A stretch of DNA of 64,000 bases from Minutocellus sp. GHC0000111 (taxonomy: Eukaryota), in assembly GCA_977018835.1 (NCBI GenBank), contig OZ361256.1, positions 6,262,001 to 6,326,000 on the forward strand, written 5' to 3'. How positions within the stretch are numbered: position 1 is the first letter of the stretch; every line of letters begins with the position of its first letter. A program made the position numbers and the translations under genes. Of the stretch, positions 44,897 through 56,685 are shown piece after piece. The notes beneath the pieces were generated by a model. It saw only the letters and a program-made list of their open reading frames with translations, was not told the DNA's origin and searched no databases.

Positions 44897-46921
44897 ATGA
44901 ATCTCCAGCAACAAATTCCCACCCAAATCAGCGCCGGCGGCAAGACGCTATCGGCAAGTAGACGTCCCACGATTATCGCCGCACACAACAACGACAACGG
45001 CGTGCCCAATCTCGAAGACGACGTCCAGTCCGACATATCCGAGATTACCGGCATCGCCAGCTGGATGCAGGATATTCACGATGCAAATGACGGCGATGGA
45101 GAAGATTGTGACAATCAGATCACGCTCGTCGAACATCACCGTCGTGTGGGTACCAGACGACCTATCAGTGCCAGAGATATCGCTAAAGGAGCGGCGGCGA
45201 CACGGCGTGCTGGCCGCCTTGATGTGAATCGACGCATGCATGCCGAAACCACGAATGCAAAGTCAGCGCCACCCAACGGCCGGGCTTCGGCTGATCGTCT
45301 GACTAGTAACCAACAACGTCTTATGCCCTTTCGTGCCACACAACAACAGCAGCAGCAGCGTCGGTCGCAGTCCATACCTAATACCAAACCGTGGGCGCTG
45401 GTGCAGATAGATATGCATCTCCTACTCGTGCCTCCAATTCCTGGAGGCCGCTCAACACTCATCATACATCGCAACGAGTAACTACCGAGCAGATATTGTC
45501 GATCAATCCCATCCCACCACCTCCCTCTGCACATATCATAAGCAAGAGCAAGAGATCGTCCACAGGCACCGACACTACCCGAAGTGAGAGCATCGAAACC
45601 CTCGTCGAGGCTGCCGATATGGTAGATGGGCATACTGGGCAAAACCTCAACCTCTACATCGGGAGAGGCATGTCAAGCAACGTGTCCGTTGCCTCGTCCA
45701 TCACCGAATCTCAAGCCACTACATACGTGCCGGGCATTGGAAGGTTGGGAACTCCCGCCGCTGTCGTGGTACCCTCCAACGAACGCCATCCAGTTAGGCG
45801 TATATCTAGCCTTCGTGAAGACTACGATGATTACAACATCAACAGCGATGATGGTCTGGCAAAGGAGTATCATGTCGACGCAGAATTCGACCTTGCCAAG
45901 TCCAAGTTGGCCAGCTGGCTGGCATCGCTTCATCTAGAGCAGTACTTCCAACTCCTCGTCAATGAAGGATACGACAGCATGGACCGTATCCGGTACATCG
46001 ACCGTAACGAGCTGGAACACATGGACATCCTGCCAGGACATCGCCGTGCATTGTTCCATGCCATCAATGAGCTCCGCAAACGTAGGAGCTCTACGGCCAC
46101 GGGTGGGTCGGCATCGCATCACAACCTTCACATGCCACAGATATCCGAAGAGGGTTCTCACGTTTCTACGATTGTCTCGTCCAGAGCAGGTAGTGCTACT
46201 CGATCAGCCACATCCAGCTCCAAGGATGCCTCATCAGGCCGCATAAGCGATCCTACGCAAGTTGGCACCAGGCCTCAGACCCCCCCCAGAATCCCGCCGA
46301 TCATCTCTGCCCGAAACATCCACCGATTCCGTCGCCCGCCATGTCCACAAAGGTCACAGGAGAAGGAGCATAGCAACATCCAAGGACTCCATCCTTGACG
46401 AAAAGAAAAGGATTCAGCATCGTTTATCTACCCTCAAATCCAAGCGTGATGGTGCAACCTGTCATGAGAATCTTCAGCCTACTGCAACTATTACCAAGCA
46501 GGTCAAATTTTTCACTGCCGAGGTACGAACCTATCAGAGATACTGGAGCGACAACCCGTCCGTTAGCGCTGGTCCTCCGATTGGCATCGGTTGGAAGGTG
46601 TTGGCGATCCATCGCTTCAGTGCCGTGACCCACTCGAGCGCCCGAGACAAACGGAATCTACGGACAGGATACTGCCCCGTCCTTACCCGTGAGGAACGTG
46701 AGGCCTGCCTGGAGGAGGCTGGCTTTTCTTCCAAAGATATTGCCTCGGCTACCAGAGAGGCGACCAGAACCAAGGCAAGGCGTCGTACTACCGTCCAAAA
46801 CTTGAACGCTGGAAAGACTGCCGAAGTAGAGGAGGCTGTGGAATCGGTCCGCCGGGCCATTGTCAAAGCTTTTGTTCCTAAATCCAAGTCCAAGAAGCAG
46901 CTATATAATACTGCTGCTTGA
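44897..46921 (+). CDS. Paralogous SAM + 'DNPSV-GPP-GIGW' protein; two apparent homopolymer frameshifts (~45387, ~46283)
   Basis: SAM LASWLASLHLEQYFQLLVNEGYDSMDRIRYID...ILPGHRR; VRTYQRYWSDNPSVSAGPPIGIGW; SVASSITES motif shared with the 41403-44094 gene. Confidence 0.7.
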
Positions 46922-47304
46922 GCAGGTTGAGGAGTTTTTTGTTTTAACCTTTAGAGTGACAATCTGATCACACGCAATGTTAGATGATTGGGATACAATG
47001 CGCATGTAATATGCCGCTTGGATGTGAAAAATATTGCCTACTAGACTGATAAATTTCGCCAAGATGAGTGTCTGCATATACATACAATTCCTTCTTTCTA
47101 ACTAGGGAAACGCATATCTACAAAAAAATGGGGTCTATTCGTTATTTGTATGTAATCAAGAAGACTTTTCTACTGCTGAACCTCTCTGCGAAGGTTGCGG
47201 AAAGCACATAAACATATGTTGCTTAGCTTGAACCTGATACACGTGATCTATGGTCGACGTATGCAGTTTACGCATTTGGGAGTAGTATCACACCAATGTA
47301 TGAT

Positions 47305-47880
47305 TTACTTGAGGGGATTGGCGATGGTCTTCTCGTTAGAAATGGTGATTTCTTGACGGGTGAATTGCCGGTTGTTGTCAGGTGCGACGATGCTGGCCAT
47401 TTCTTTCTTGGCAGGAAGACGGAGCTTGCGTCCACCGGGAAGACCGAGGTCGTCGGGGTTGCAACCCTCCGCGGGCGTGACGCCGCCAAGGACGTAAACG
47501 AACATGATTCCCTCCGCCGTCTCGAAGCACGAGTTCATGCAGAGCCAGATGGGGACGAGGGTGGCACCAGCGTCGCAGGCATTCTTGGCGTAGCACGTAC
47601 CTGTGCCCTTGTCGCAGCCTGGCAGTGCTACACCGCCGGCCTGAGCGGCGCCACCGCCGCCGCCCTCCTTTTCCTTCTTGTCGTTGTTCTTGTCGTCCTT
47701 CTTATCGTTATTCTTGTCCTTCTTGTCGTTGTTGTCGTTGTTGTCCTTCTGAAGGCGGCGGGCACCATGGGCCTTCTTGTTGTTATTCTTTTGGATTGAT
47801 CGGCCGGGAACCACACGGTCAGCCGAAGCGAACGACGCCATACCGAGGGCGGAGAGGGCAAGCACTGTAGAGAGCTTCAT
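47305..47880 (-). CDS. Small secreted protein with D/K/N-rich repeats and Cys-containing C-terminus
   Basis: Signal MKLSTVLALSALGMASFASA, RRLQ motif, KDKNNDKK repeats. Confidence 0.8.
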   Translation of the reverse strand: MKLSTVLALSALGMASFASADRVVPGRSIQKNNNKKAHGARRLQKDNNDNNDKKDKNNDKKDDKNNDKKEKEGGGGGAAQAGGVALPGCDKGTGTCYAKNACDAGATLVPIWLCMNSCFETAEGIMFVYVLGGVTPAEGCNPDDLGLPGGRKLRLPAKKEMASIVAPDNNRQFTRQEITISNEKTIANPLK

Positions 47881-48368
47881 GTTGTATTACACTGAATTGC
47901 ACGGTGGTAGACCAATCGAGAGGGGAGGATGTATGGAGTGAGCCGAACTGAAAGCTTAGCATTGTGCTGCCTCTACTTTCAGATCGACGCACGTACAATT
48001 TTCGGCACAAGATGCGCGCTGTTCGACGTATGGCGCACCGCTGCGACGGATGATTTCTTGTGTTCGTATGCTTGAAGACATAGAATGCCCCGCGCACATA
48101 CAAATATTTGCACGCAGGTCCAGCCTTTGCCATTTCTGTGATTGGGTGGTCCTTATTGGCCAAGTTGGTCGCTACTTCTCCCGGTGGTTGTCGGTGCGCC
48201 GAAGAAAAACGTTCCCAACCCCGAAAATCTTTATAAAGATACTTCACACGAAAGAAACGCAGAGCCGAGCGAGCGCCGAGACTGCCTTGCGAGTGCCAAG
48301 AGCTCTGCGAACCACACGTTTTCTCAAGGCATATCGACCATCGCCGTTCGGGATAGGAGATAAATGCC

Positions 48369-49691
48369 ATGGTTTCATCATCAGACAGTGGTAGTAAGTC
48401 ACTAATTGGTGCCGGCGTGGCGCTGACCGCCGTCGGACTCACAGCTTATCTTTACCGACGTTCTTCGAAATGTAGCCAGAAAAAAAACGCCTTTCCCTAC
48501 CAATACGACCATCCACCGATGCCGGCAGCTATCAAACTCATTGCCATGCTTCCCAAGTCAATTCGCCGGAGCATGGCCGTCAAGGGTTCGAAACCGATGC
48601 CGCCGAAAGATGCCATCGACGTGTTCGGTGAGCACAACAAGTCAGCGCCGAATCCATACGAGACTGCCGAAATTATGCCCGGCAAGATCTATCGTGTGCG
48701 GTACAGCTTCCTATCAGATCCAAAAATGGGCAAAATGATGAAGACACTGACTGGAATTGACGGCGAGGACTCGGAAGCGATATTGGCCAATGTCCATCCA
48801 GACATGAAGGACATTGTTGCCAAAGATCTCGAAATTGCCGAGATGACTCGCAACATGACCGAGGAGGAGCGCATCCAGCATGGATATGTTAGCAAGCAGG
48901 ATATGCTGGTGGCGGTGCTGGATACTGTGGATGTCAAATCCAACAAGAAGGAGCTACTCCTGTACAATCCCTGTCGCATGCGTCCGTACGTGATGGAATG
49001 GCTGGACTCTCTCGGTACTGTTACCTACATTGTCAGCGGAAGCTCGGCCCATACCAATCAAATGTGTCAGGCCAGCGAAGCCTATCCCGATGCCAAGATG
49101 GTTTGCGCCGAGGCTGCCGAGATGAAGTGCACGTCGGTTGGGATACAGGAGGCATCGTATCGGTACACCAACAAGGAAGAGCTGGAGGCACTCAATGTCG
49201 AATTGGGCAAGGGTGGGGCCAAGCTTCACTTTGTGGAGGGCGATACATTCACTCACGCCGCTCTGGTTCAGGTCCACGGGTGTCTGTTTGAGTGTGACCT
49301 TACGTGCTATGCCAATTACTGCGGCTCTCGATGCGTAGTGTGCAACGAAGAAGTATGGCGTGATCCAAAAAGCATCGATGGCATGAACACTCGTTTGTTC
49401 TATTACGTTTATTTCGCGCCGAATGTCGCACCCAATGGGTATACACCGGTCTACCGCTTCATGGGCATGGATCCCAACTCCCCATTCACTAAAATGATGA
49501 TCGACGAGCCCAAGGCCGACGGCAGCTCGTGCGCCGAGATGGCCAATTCACTCCGCAAGATTATTGAGTTAGAATTTGACATGGTATTGTCGGCCCACAG
49601 CGGATACGACAAAGGTATCGATGGAGACGATTTTCGCAAGACATTGAATGCCTGCTGGAACTGGTTGGATTGTGGAAAAAGTTTGATGTAA
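48369..49691 (+). CDS. DUF4336-like (metallo-beta-lactamase-fold) protein with N-terminal membrane anchor
   Basis: LLLYNP...WLDSLGTVTYIV....H...YPDAK and FDMVLSAH; anchor LIGAGVALTAVGLTAYLY. Confidence 0.65.
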   Translation: MVSSSDSGSKSLIGAGVALTAVGLTAYLYRRSSKCSQKKNAFPYQYDHPPMPAAIKLIAMLPKSIRRSMAVKGSKPMPPKDAIDVFGEHNKSAPNPYETAEIMPGKIYRVRYSFLSDPKMGKMMKTLTGIDGEDSEAILANVHPDMKDIVAKDLEIAEMTRNMTEEERIQHGYVSKQDMLVAVLDTVDVKSNKKELLLYNPCRMRPYVMEWLDSLGTVTYIVSGSSAHTNQMCQASEAYPDAKMVCAEAAEMKCTSVGIQEASYRYTNKEELEALNVELGKGGAKLHFVEGDTFTHAALVQVHGCLFECDLTCYANYCGSRCVVCNEEVWRDPKSIDGMNTRLFYYVYFAPNVAPNGYTPVYRFMGMDPNSPFTKMMIDEPKADGSSCAEMANSLRKIIELEFDMVLSAHSGYDKGIDGDDFRKTLNACWNWLDCGKSLM

Positions 49692-50432
49692 TGTGGAACT
49701 GGTTGTAGGTAGAAATCGGTCGGTGGATTTGGTTTTTTGGAGGATTGCACAGAACGAGAAATTTTTTCGTTTACTTTCGAAATTCCGTCATGACGACGTC
49801 ATTTTTGTTACAAAATTTTGCTCCGATTGCGGAAAATCCATGACGTGTCCCCGCAATGACGCCAAAATGCATTCCCGGGGCTGTTGGTTCACTGGTCCCG
49901 TGCAGTGTTTTGCCGGTCGGAGGAAAAAGCTCGGCCTAATTCATCTAAGTTTAGTCGTCGAATAGACCCGACTTTCGGTTGAGGGCTGTTGTTCGAGGTC
50001 GTCAAGATGTGGACGACGCTCTGCTGCGAAGTTCGTGCGACAATGACGTGCCATTTTTTCATAAGGAGAGGCTTTTGCTCGAGGCACGACGACTATCCCG
50101 GCCCTGTGAAGATGCCACACAGAATCATCCTAGCTCGTACAACAAAATCAACGTCGTACAAGTAGGCCCCATTTTCCCCTGGCGCACCATAATATATCAG
50201 GATCGTCGACGTTGCAGCGACACGGCCATGCCGCTCGAGCAATAGTTATTTTTCATCCTTGGAACGTCGCAGAAGCCACACAAGCATAGCCCAGACTTTA
50301 GCAGCCCTCCACCAGCCGTTGCGTTTTTACTTTGCTTTGGGCCCAACGCCGATTCTTGAAAAAATATCGTTGAGCAACATTGCACAAGACCATACCGTAC
50401 ACTCGTACACACGGAAAGGCGACTATAATAAA

Positions 50433-52324
50433 ATGAGCAGCACCAACCTCCTTCTGGAGGCGAGCCAACAGTCTCTCTTCTTCGAGCAGAGCTACTCCTC
50501 GTCTCGTCAGCACATGTCGGCAGGAAGTCAGCGCATACTGACGTTCCCCGGACCGCTCGACAGGTCGTCTGCGCATTTGCGTGCCTCGTCAGCCCCCAGC
50601 TCGGTCATATCGACTACCACCGGGTCGAATTCCCGTCGACGATCCTCCGCGGCCTCCTCCAGGTCCGGCTATTCCAATTCCAGCCTGCCCACGACCATAT
50701 TCATGTCGTCGGCTTCGTCCCTGGGCGGCGGGGCAAGCTCTCCATCCAAACGAGGCCGTGCCACCCGCGGCAGCACCAGGGGAGCTCGGATCGACCGCAA
50801 GGTCGACGTGGCCATCGCCCGGAACATCGCCTCGGACTCCCAGCTGTACACCACCCAACTGGTCGAGAATCCGCACATATTCAAAAGCTTCCAAGACAGG
50901 CTCACCCAAAGCGGCACCATTACCAACCTCGCCGCACGAGAAGTTTTGAGGGACGACGTGATGAAATCCAAGTGCTACCTGTCGCAAAAGCGCGAGCTGC
51001 TGTCCCGTCACGAGGCCGAGGTCGCCGGAGCCGCCACAGCGCAGGGAGGCGCCGGCGGGGCCGTCAAGGGGACGAAGAGGGTCTTGTCGAGTGCCTTCTC
51101 GCTCGACACCTTGGCCGGATTGGAGATGGAGTGCTCCACGACCAATTTTGGCAATATCGATCTGGCCGAGCAGCATGCCATCATGAGCGAGATTATGGCC
51201 AGCCGGAGGAATGGCAGGCAGCAGCCGGCAGCTCAGGCTTCGTTGGCCGCTTCGAGGAGACGATCGTCGGGCGCCACGTCGATATCGGGAGGGGCCGGCA
51301 GCGGTGCCTACCACGACAGCTACGCCGGCGATCCGTACTCCTCCCAGGCATCGGACCTGAACGCCATCCCCAACGCCGCTCAGGTGTTGGCCAACTCCCT
51401 GGGCAATCAGGTCAAGCGCATCTCCATGTCGTTGTCGTCGGTGGCCAAGACCAATCCCTCGATGGTAGCTCCAGCACTGGCATGAGCTACAATCGATCCT
51501 CGTCCATCCCCAGCATGATCACCAGCTCGACGGCACCCTCTTCCGCCTACACCGGCCATTCCTCCTACCAGAGATGCTCGTCGCTTACCCATGCCAGCCG
51601 TCGATCGTCCGTGGAAAGCATCGGATCAACCAATACTGCAGGGGTACTGCCCACCGGTACCGTCTATGAGTGCAACCTCAACGACCTCAAACATGCCTCC
51701 GATACCTCTGCCGCCGAGGACAGCATGAGTGCCACGACCCTCAACACCGACCAGACCCCGCAGCGCCGGGGCAGCCGACGGCTGTCCGATCTCCGCATGT
51801 CGTTCTTGGCCTTTGACGAAGTCTTCGAGGAAGATCTCGACGAGGCTAGCGACGAGGATCGATCCACTTCCTCAGGTGATCATGACGAAAGCAATGATAC
51901 CACCAAGGGCTCGGCCGACATCTCGTCCAAGACCTTCGACCACGCCCAGCACGAGATGAACACCATTGCCCTCCAGGATCAGGCCCTGGCGGCCAAGCTG
52001 CAAAGTGCCGAAATCCAGGAGGAGCTCCTCTGTGCCTGGCCTCATCAGATGCGTGCCGCCCGTCGCAGGGCCAGCATGGCCAGCAATGCCTCCTCCATCG
52101 CTGAGTATGAGGATGATGTCAAGAAGTCGGCCGACGAGGAGCTGAACGCCCAAACGACCGAGATGAGACGGCAATTCTACCGTAGAATGAGCGACCATCG
52201 GCTCAATCGGATGGGAAGTGATCGAAAGTTATCGGCCAATGGCAAGAAGAAGGATGGAGATGGAAAGGATGGTCAAGACTTTAACGAGAGCGTCTCGACC
52301 ATCAAGAAGGCTAGGGCTGCGTAG
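50433..52324 (+). CDS. Ser-rich low-complexity hypothetical protein; apparent 1-bp frameshift at ~51457
   Basis: ORF 50259-51485 continues into the frame of 50972-52324 if CCC at 51456-58 is CCCC (TNPLDGSSSTGMSY). Confidence 0.6.
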
Positions 52325-52415
52325 TTATTTGCAGTGATTTTAACTTCGATTCTGTTATCTTACAGCACCACGTCTATGTCTCTAAGAATGTAGCTAGGCA
52401 ATACTTCATGAGAAT

Positions 52416-54683
52416 TTACTCCTCGCAGAATTTAACCATGTAGACTGCACCGGAATCATTATCCTCCCCCGGTGCACCTAGAGCGGAAGTGTTCCTATAG
52501 ATATCGAGCGAGTCACCAAACCCATCCTCTCTCGATAGGATGAGTTCTTGTTTCCAGTCGGAGCCATGACCCTTGAATACATACACAAGTCCAGGACCCT
52601 CCTCGGAAAGAGCATTGACCAGGATGATATCGCCCTCCACTGCAACGTCCGACCCAAATTGCATGGCTGCATCCGAGTTGTAGGAGTTGTAGGAGTTGGG
52701 CCTGAGCTTTGCAGTTTGGGCCCATGCTCCATTGCCCTTGCGAGTAAACACATACGCCACGCCCTTGCCGTTCTTTCGCTTGGCGCCAACGACGATAGTG
52801 TTGGCAAAGTGATCGATATCCACCTTAAATCCGAAGGATTGCAGGTCGTCGGGATCATCGGGTAGGAGCTTTTGAGTCTCGGAAAAGCCACGGCCGTCAT
52901 CAGACCCGTTGCCCCGATCGTCATCGAAAACGTAAATGCTCTTGCCGTCTCCGAAACCCTTGGCATCGCCATTGCTGAGGGATGCTATCACAGCTGTCTG
53001 ACCCTTGAAATTGATCCGCCTTCCAAACATATCGCCCTTGTCGCTATCGGATGCCACCAACTTGGGACCATACCGCTCCCATTTGCCCGGCCCCTGTCGA
53101 CGGTACGCGTAGACAACGCCCCGATCCTTGTTGGCTCGACGAGCACCAACCAGGAGGGTATCGCCCGTCAGCGCAATGTTGTTGCCGAACAAATCTCCTT
53201 CTTCCTCTCCCTCAAAGTGGGCAACCTTACGATATTTGCCGTCGTCATCCTTTTCGTAAACTATCACTACTCCATTGTTCTCCTTGCCATCGCTATCGGC
53301 CTCCTTGCCTGTAATGGCAAGATATTTCCCATTTAGCGAAATATCGGCATATTGAAATCCATACCCATCACCAAACTCGACATCGTCGTCGCCCACTTTT
53401 TGATCCAGTCTCCATTTGCCATTTGCGTTGAGTTTGTAAACATAAACATACTTGACGGGCCGGTCGAGAAAAGTTACGACCATGGCATCACCGTTGACGT
53501 GAGCATGATGGCCAAACCTTCTTTTCGCCTCCGGTGGCTCGATCTTCTGCCAGCTGCAGTCCTTGAGTGTCTTATCAGTGGGTGGCTCAGTCTCCTTCGG
53601 CTCTTCCGGTTTGGGTTCCTCCGGCTCTTCTGGTTTGGGATTCACAATGTCTGGGCCTACCTCGATATCATGAAAGGCCCACTGCATTTTGCTCATGGGC
53701 AAAACGCAGTGAGTAGCTGCAAATCCCAGCTTGACGGTTCCAGATGCAGTGTGATATATGCACATATCACGACGCAAATCAGAGCGTATCGGATCCGAAC
53801 CACCAAAGCCATTGACCCGCCAGTGCCACTGCTGCTTCTTCTTTCTCTTGTCGCGACAGGTATTGAGGCGGAGACCCTTGCCGTCGACGATTCTACCAAC
53901 TTCGACGCATAGATGGGGCTTGGCCGCCGGTCGGATCGTCTTGGTATCGTCGTCTAAGATCCACTGAGCCTTGACGTTGGTTTCGTCGCAGGGCTTGATC
54001 TTGAGCTTTCCCTTGACGCCAAAGAAACCAGCCGTGAGACAGTACTCACCCTCATCATGTAGATCGATTTGGTACACCGTTGGAGACGTTGTGTCAGGTC
54101 GCTCTTCGGGGCAGGGGTTGAAGTCGCAGTCTTTCTTTGGATTGCGGCCGACAAACGAGCCGTCCCAGCACTTCTTGACGTCTTGAGTACAAACGGTTGG
54201 CTCTTCCTCCGGCTTGTCCTCATCATCTGCATTCACATTCCTCAGAGTCCACTTGACCTCGTCCTCATCTGCCGGTGAGCACGAACCCACCATGTCGCTG
54301 TGAATGGGATTCATGCACAGCCCACTGAATTTGTTTCGAACCCATCCCTTGTTCTCCACATACTGCCACATTTGCTTCTCGGCGCTACTTTCACTCGAAT
54401 CCTTGCATTCCTTGACCAGCAGCGACATGGCGATGCATAAGTTGGGATTGGCCTTGGAACGCAGTTGAGACCCGTCGACGTCGTCCATGATCCACTGCTG
54501 ATTTGCCTTGGTTTCATCGCATGTCACCAGCTTGACCATTTCGCCCTCTCCCGCCGCCTTGAGACATTTGCCATTCTTGAGATTGGGCTCGATGTAGACC
54601 AGCAGTTCTCCTTGCGCCGTTTGTATTGATGAGGCAGCCATCAGGAGGGTCAGGCTGCCTATTCGCATTGTATTGATTATCAT
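52416..54683 (-). CDS. Secreted protein: two ricin-B lectin domains, CxxDxxxCxDG Cys motif and FG-GAP beta-propeller
   Basis: Signal peptide; QxW motifs (NQQW, KQMW, KAQW, QQW); CTQDVKKCWDGSFVGRNP..C.F.PCP; about 7 FG...(V/L)GA...G.VY repeats. Confidence 0.85.
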   Translation of the reverse strand: MIINTMRIGSLTLLMAASSIQTAQGELLVYIEPNLKNGKCLKAAGEGEMVKLVTCDETKANQQWIMDDVDGSQLRSKANPNLCIAMSLLVKECKDSSESSAEKQMWQYVENKGWVRNKFSGLCMNPIHSDMVGSCSPADEDEVKWTLRNVNADDEDKPEEEPTVCTQDVKKCWDGSFVGRNPKKDCDFNPCPEERPDTTSPTVYQIDLHDEGEYCLTAGFFGVKGKLKIKPCDETNVKAQWILDDDTKTIRPAAKPHLCVEVGRIVDGKGLRLNTCRDKRKKKQQWHWRVNGFGGSDPIRSDLRRDMCIYHTASGTVKLGFAATHCVLPMSKMQWAFHDIEVGPDIVNPKPEEPEEPKPEEPKETEPPTDKTLKDCSWQKIEPPEAKRRFGHHAHVNGDAMVVTFLDRPVKYVYVYKLNANGKWRLDQKVGDDDVEFGDGYGFQYADISLNGKYLAITGKEADSDGKENNGVVIVYEKDDDGKYRKVAHFEGEEEGDLFGNNIALTGDTLLVGARRANKDRGVVYAYRRQGPGKWERYGPKLVASDSDKGDMFGRRINFKGQTAVIASLSNGDAKGFGDGKSIYVFDDDRGNGSDDGRGFSETQKLLPDDPDDLQSFGFKVDIDHFANTIVVGAKRKNGKGVAYVFTRKGNGAWAQTAKLRPNSYNSYNSDAAMQFGSDVAVEGDIILVNALSEEGPGLVYVFKGHGSDWKQELILSREDGFGDSLDIYRNTSALGAPGEDNDSGAVYMVKFCEE

Positions 54684-55399
54684 GTTACTTCGTTGTCTTA
54701 CTTGTCATGTTTTGTGGGATCTTCGTTTCATTCGGACAAGCAAAGTATGTGACGTTGCGGCCTGACTAAATCGTGCGGCGGCGGATGTTCTGACTGGTGA
54801 TTGACGATTGTAGCCCAATACCGATAATCAAATTGAGGGCTTTTCTGCGTCGATTTTTATTATTATATTTTGCAACTAATTTGAAGATATTTCAATGCGC
54901 GTGACCTTCTTGCTATGATATATTCCATATCGGCAAGAGATGGTAACAACTCAGCAAAGATACGCTCCAAAAATGAAAAAGAACACATGACATGTAAGAT
55001 ACGGAAGTACAACTGCCGCTATTTGAGTTGACTCGATCGACCGATTGATGGACCAGAAAAGATCCCATCGCCAAGTGAAGCAAGTGCCAACAGGAAGATA
55101 CGGCATGCCCCACCAGCCAACGCCTCTCAACAATTGCTCTACCAATCCATTTCACGGCAAGTAGAAGCAAGCAGGTGCAACCAATTTCAATTAGCAATGG
55201 GGTATCTCGGCACGATGGCACCTGTCCAACGCTTAGGCAGATTCTTTTTCAACGCATCGATGTTCGAAAAAGCAAGATGACGAGAATCATGCATAGATGC
55301 ACACGAGCAAAGTTCGAAAGTAAGGCACCTTCACACTCCGACTTTATCGGCTTATCTGATTATTGAAAAGCGTGAGGATCCATTCGGAGTTGGAATATC

Positions 55400-56563
55400 A
55401 TGAAACTCTCGCTCGTGCTGCCGTCCTTCCTGGCGGCGTCGGGCATCTTCCGCTTCTGTCGTCGGCGCCGAGAAAGCTCCGGCTTCTACTGGAGGACTTC
55501 GTGCCAACTCTAACCAAGGCGAACGCAAGACCAACGAAGTAACCTCGGACTATTGGGTGGCTCCCATCAAGAATGTTGGTCTGACTTGCATCGATAACTC
55601 CATCCGCGCCGGCGGTGGCACGCCCAACGAGATCTGTATGACCGAAGGCGAGGCCCTCTGTATCGAGTACGACTACAAGCCCATGGGCGGTCGCTGGCAG
55701 TTCGGCATCAAGGACAGCAAGCTTCGCCTCTACAACCCCAAGGGAGAAGTCGTTTACGAGTACTGTAAGGACGTCACGCATCTGTGCATTGGAGAGGAGC
55801 ATGGCTTCGATCCCAACCGATACTCCAAGGAGCGTCCCTACTTGACCTTGTACGATGAGAAGGTCCACGAGGTCGTTGGCAGCCTTACGTGCGATGGTAC
55901 TGATGGGAAGGTAAGTGTTTGGTGGCATATATCTGATCTTTTTACGTATGCGTTGAGTATGTTATCTCAACGGATGATATCTTGGATGCATCGTATCTTT
56001 GTCTTCTTGTTCTCATCTGTTTCCTTTTCTTGTCCATATCATTTCCTCCACACATATATCCCCAGAACGACCAGAACATTGGCCAGTCGTCCATCCTCAA
56101 GTTGGTCGACCAAGCCGATGTCGGCCCCTATGCTGATTATCCTCTCACTCTCGTCAAGTTCAAGAAGGGGCAGACCGAAGATCCCGATGACGACAACTCG
56201 CTGTGGGATATCACCGTAACCAAACCCGTCGCCACGGCTACCGGCCTTCAACTGGAAAGCTTTCTCAACTACAATGCCGACCGATGCGAATGGAATTCGT
56301 ACGTCGACTCGTTCGAGGACCTCAAGAGACAGATCGCGGCCGCTACCGACTCCGATCCCGATAATCGTGCCAAGATCGAGATTTGTGAAGACAGGCCCAT
56401 CGTCTTTGAAGACATCATCGACTTCTCCAACAAGTACTTTGACGTCTCTTGCCTTGGAGATGGCTGTGTCTTTGATCTGGATGGATACTCGTTCGTCACA
56501 CCTTTCGGTGGTTCGGCATTTTACGCCGAGTTCGAGGGCATCACCATTGAGAATGGATCATCG
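55400..56563 (+). pseudogene. Truncated, frameshifted paralog of the 22085-25503 Pmp-like gene (exons 1-2 only)
   Basis: Near-identical N-terminal domain (YWVAP...CDGTDGK | ND.NIGQSS...ENGS) with the same intron positions. Frameshift at 55451 in the signal region. The sequence runs into (TA)n about 15 bp after the second donor and the beta-helix exon is absent. Confidence 0.85.
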
Positions 56564-56575
56564 GTAGGCCACCTT

Positions 56576-56685
<110 letters not shown>

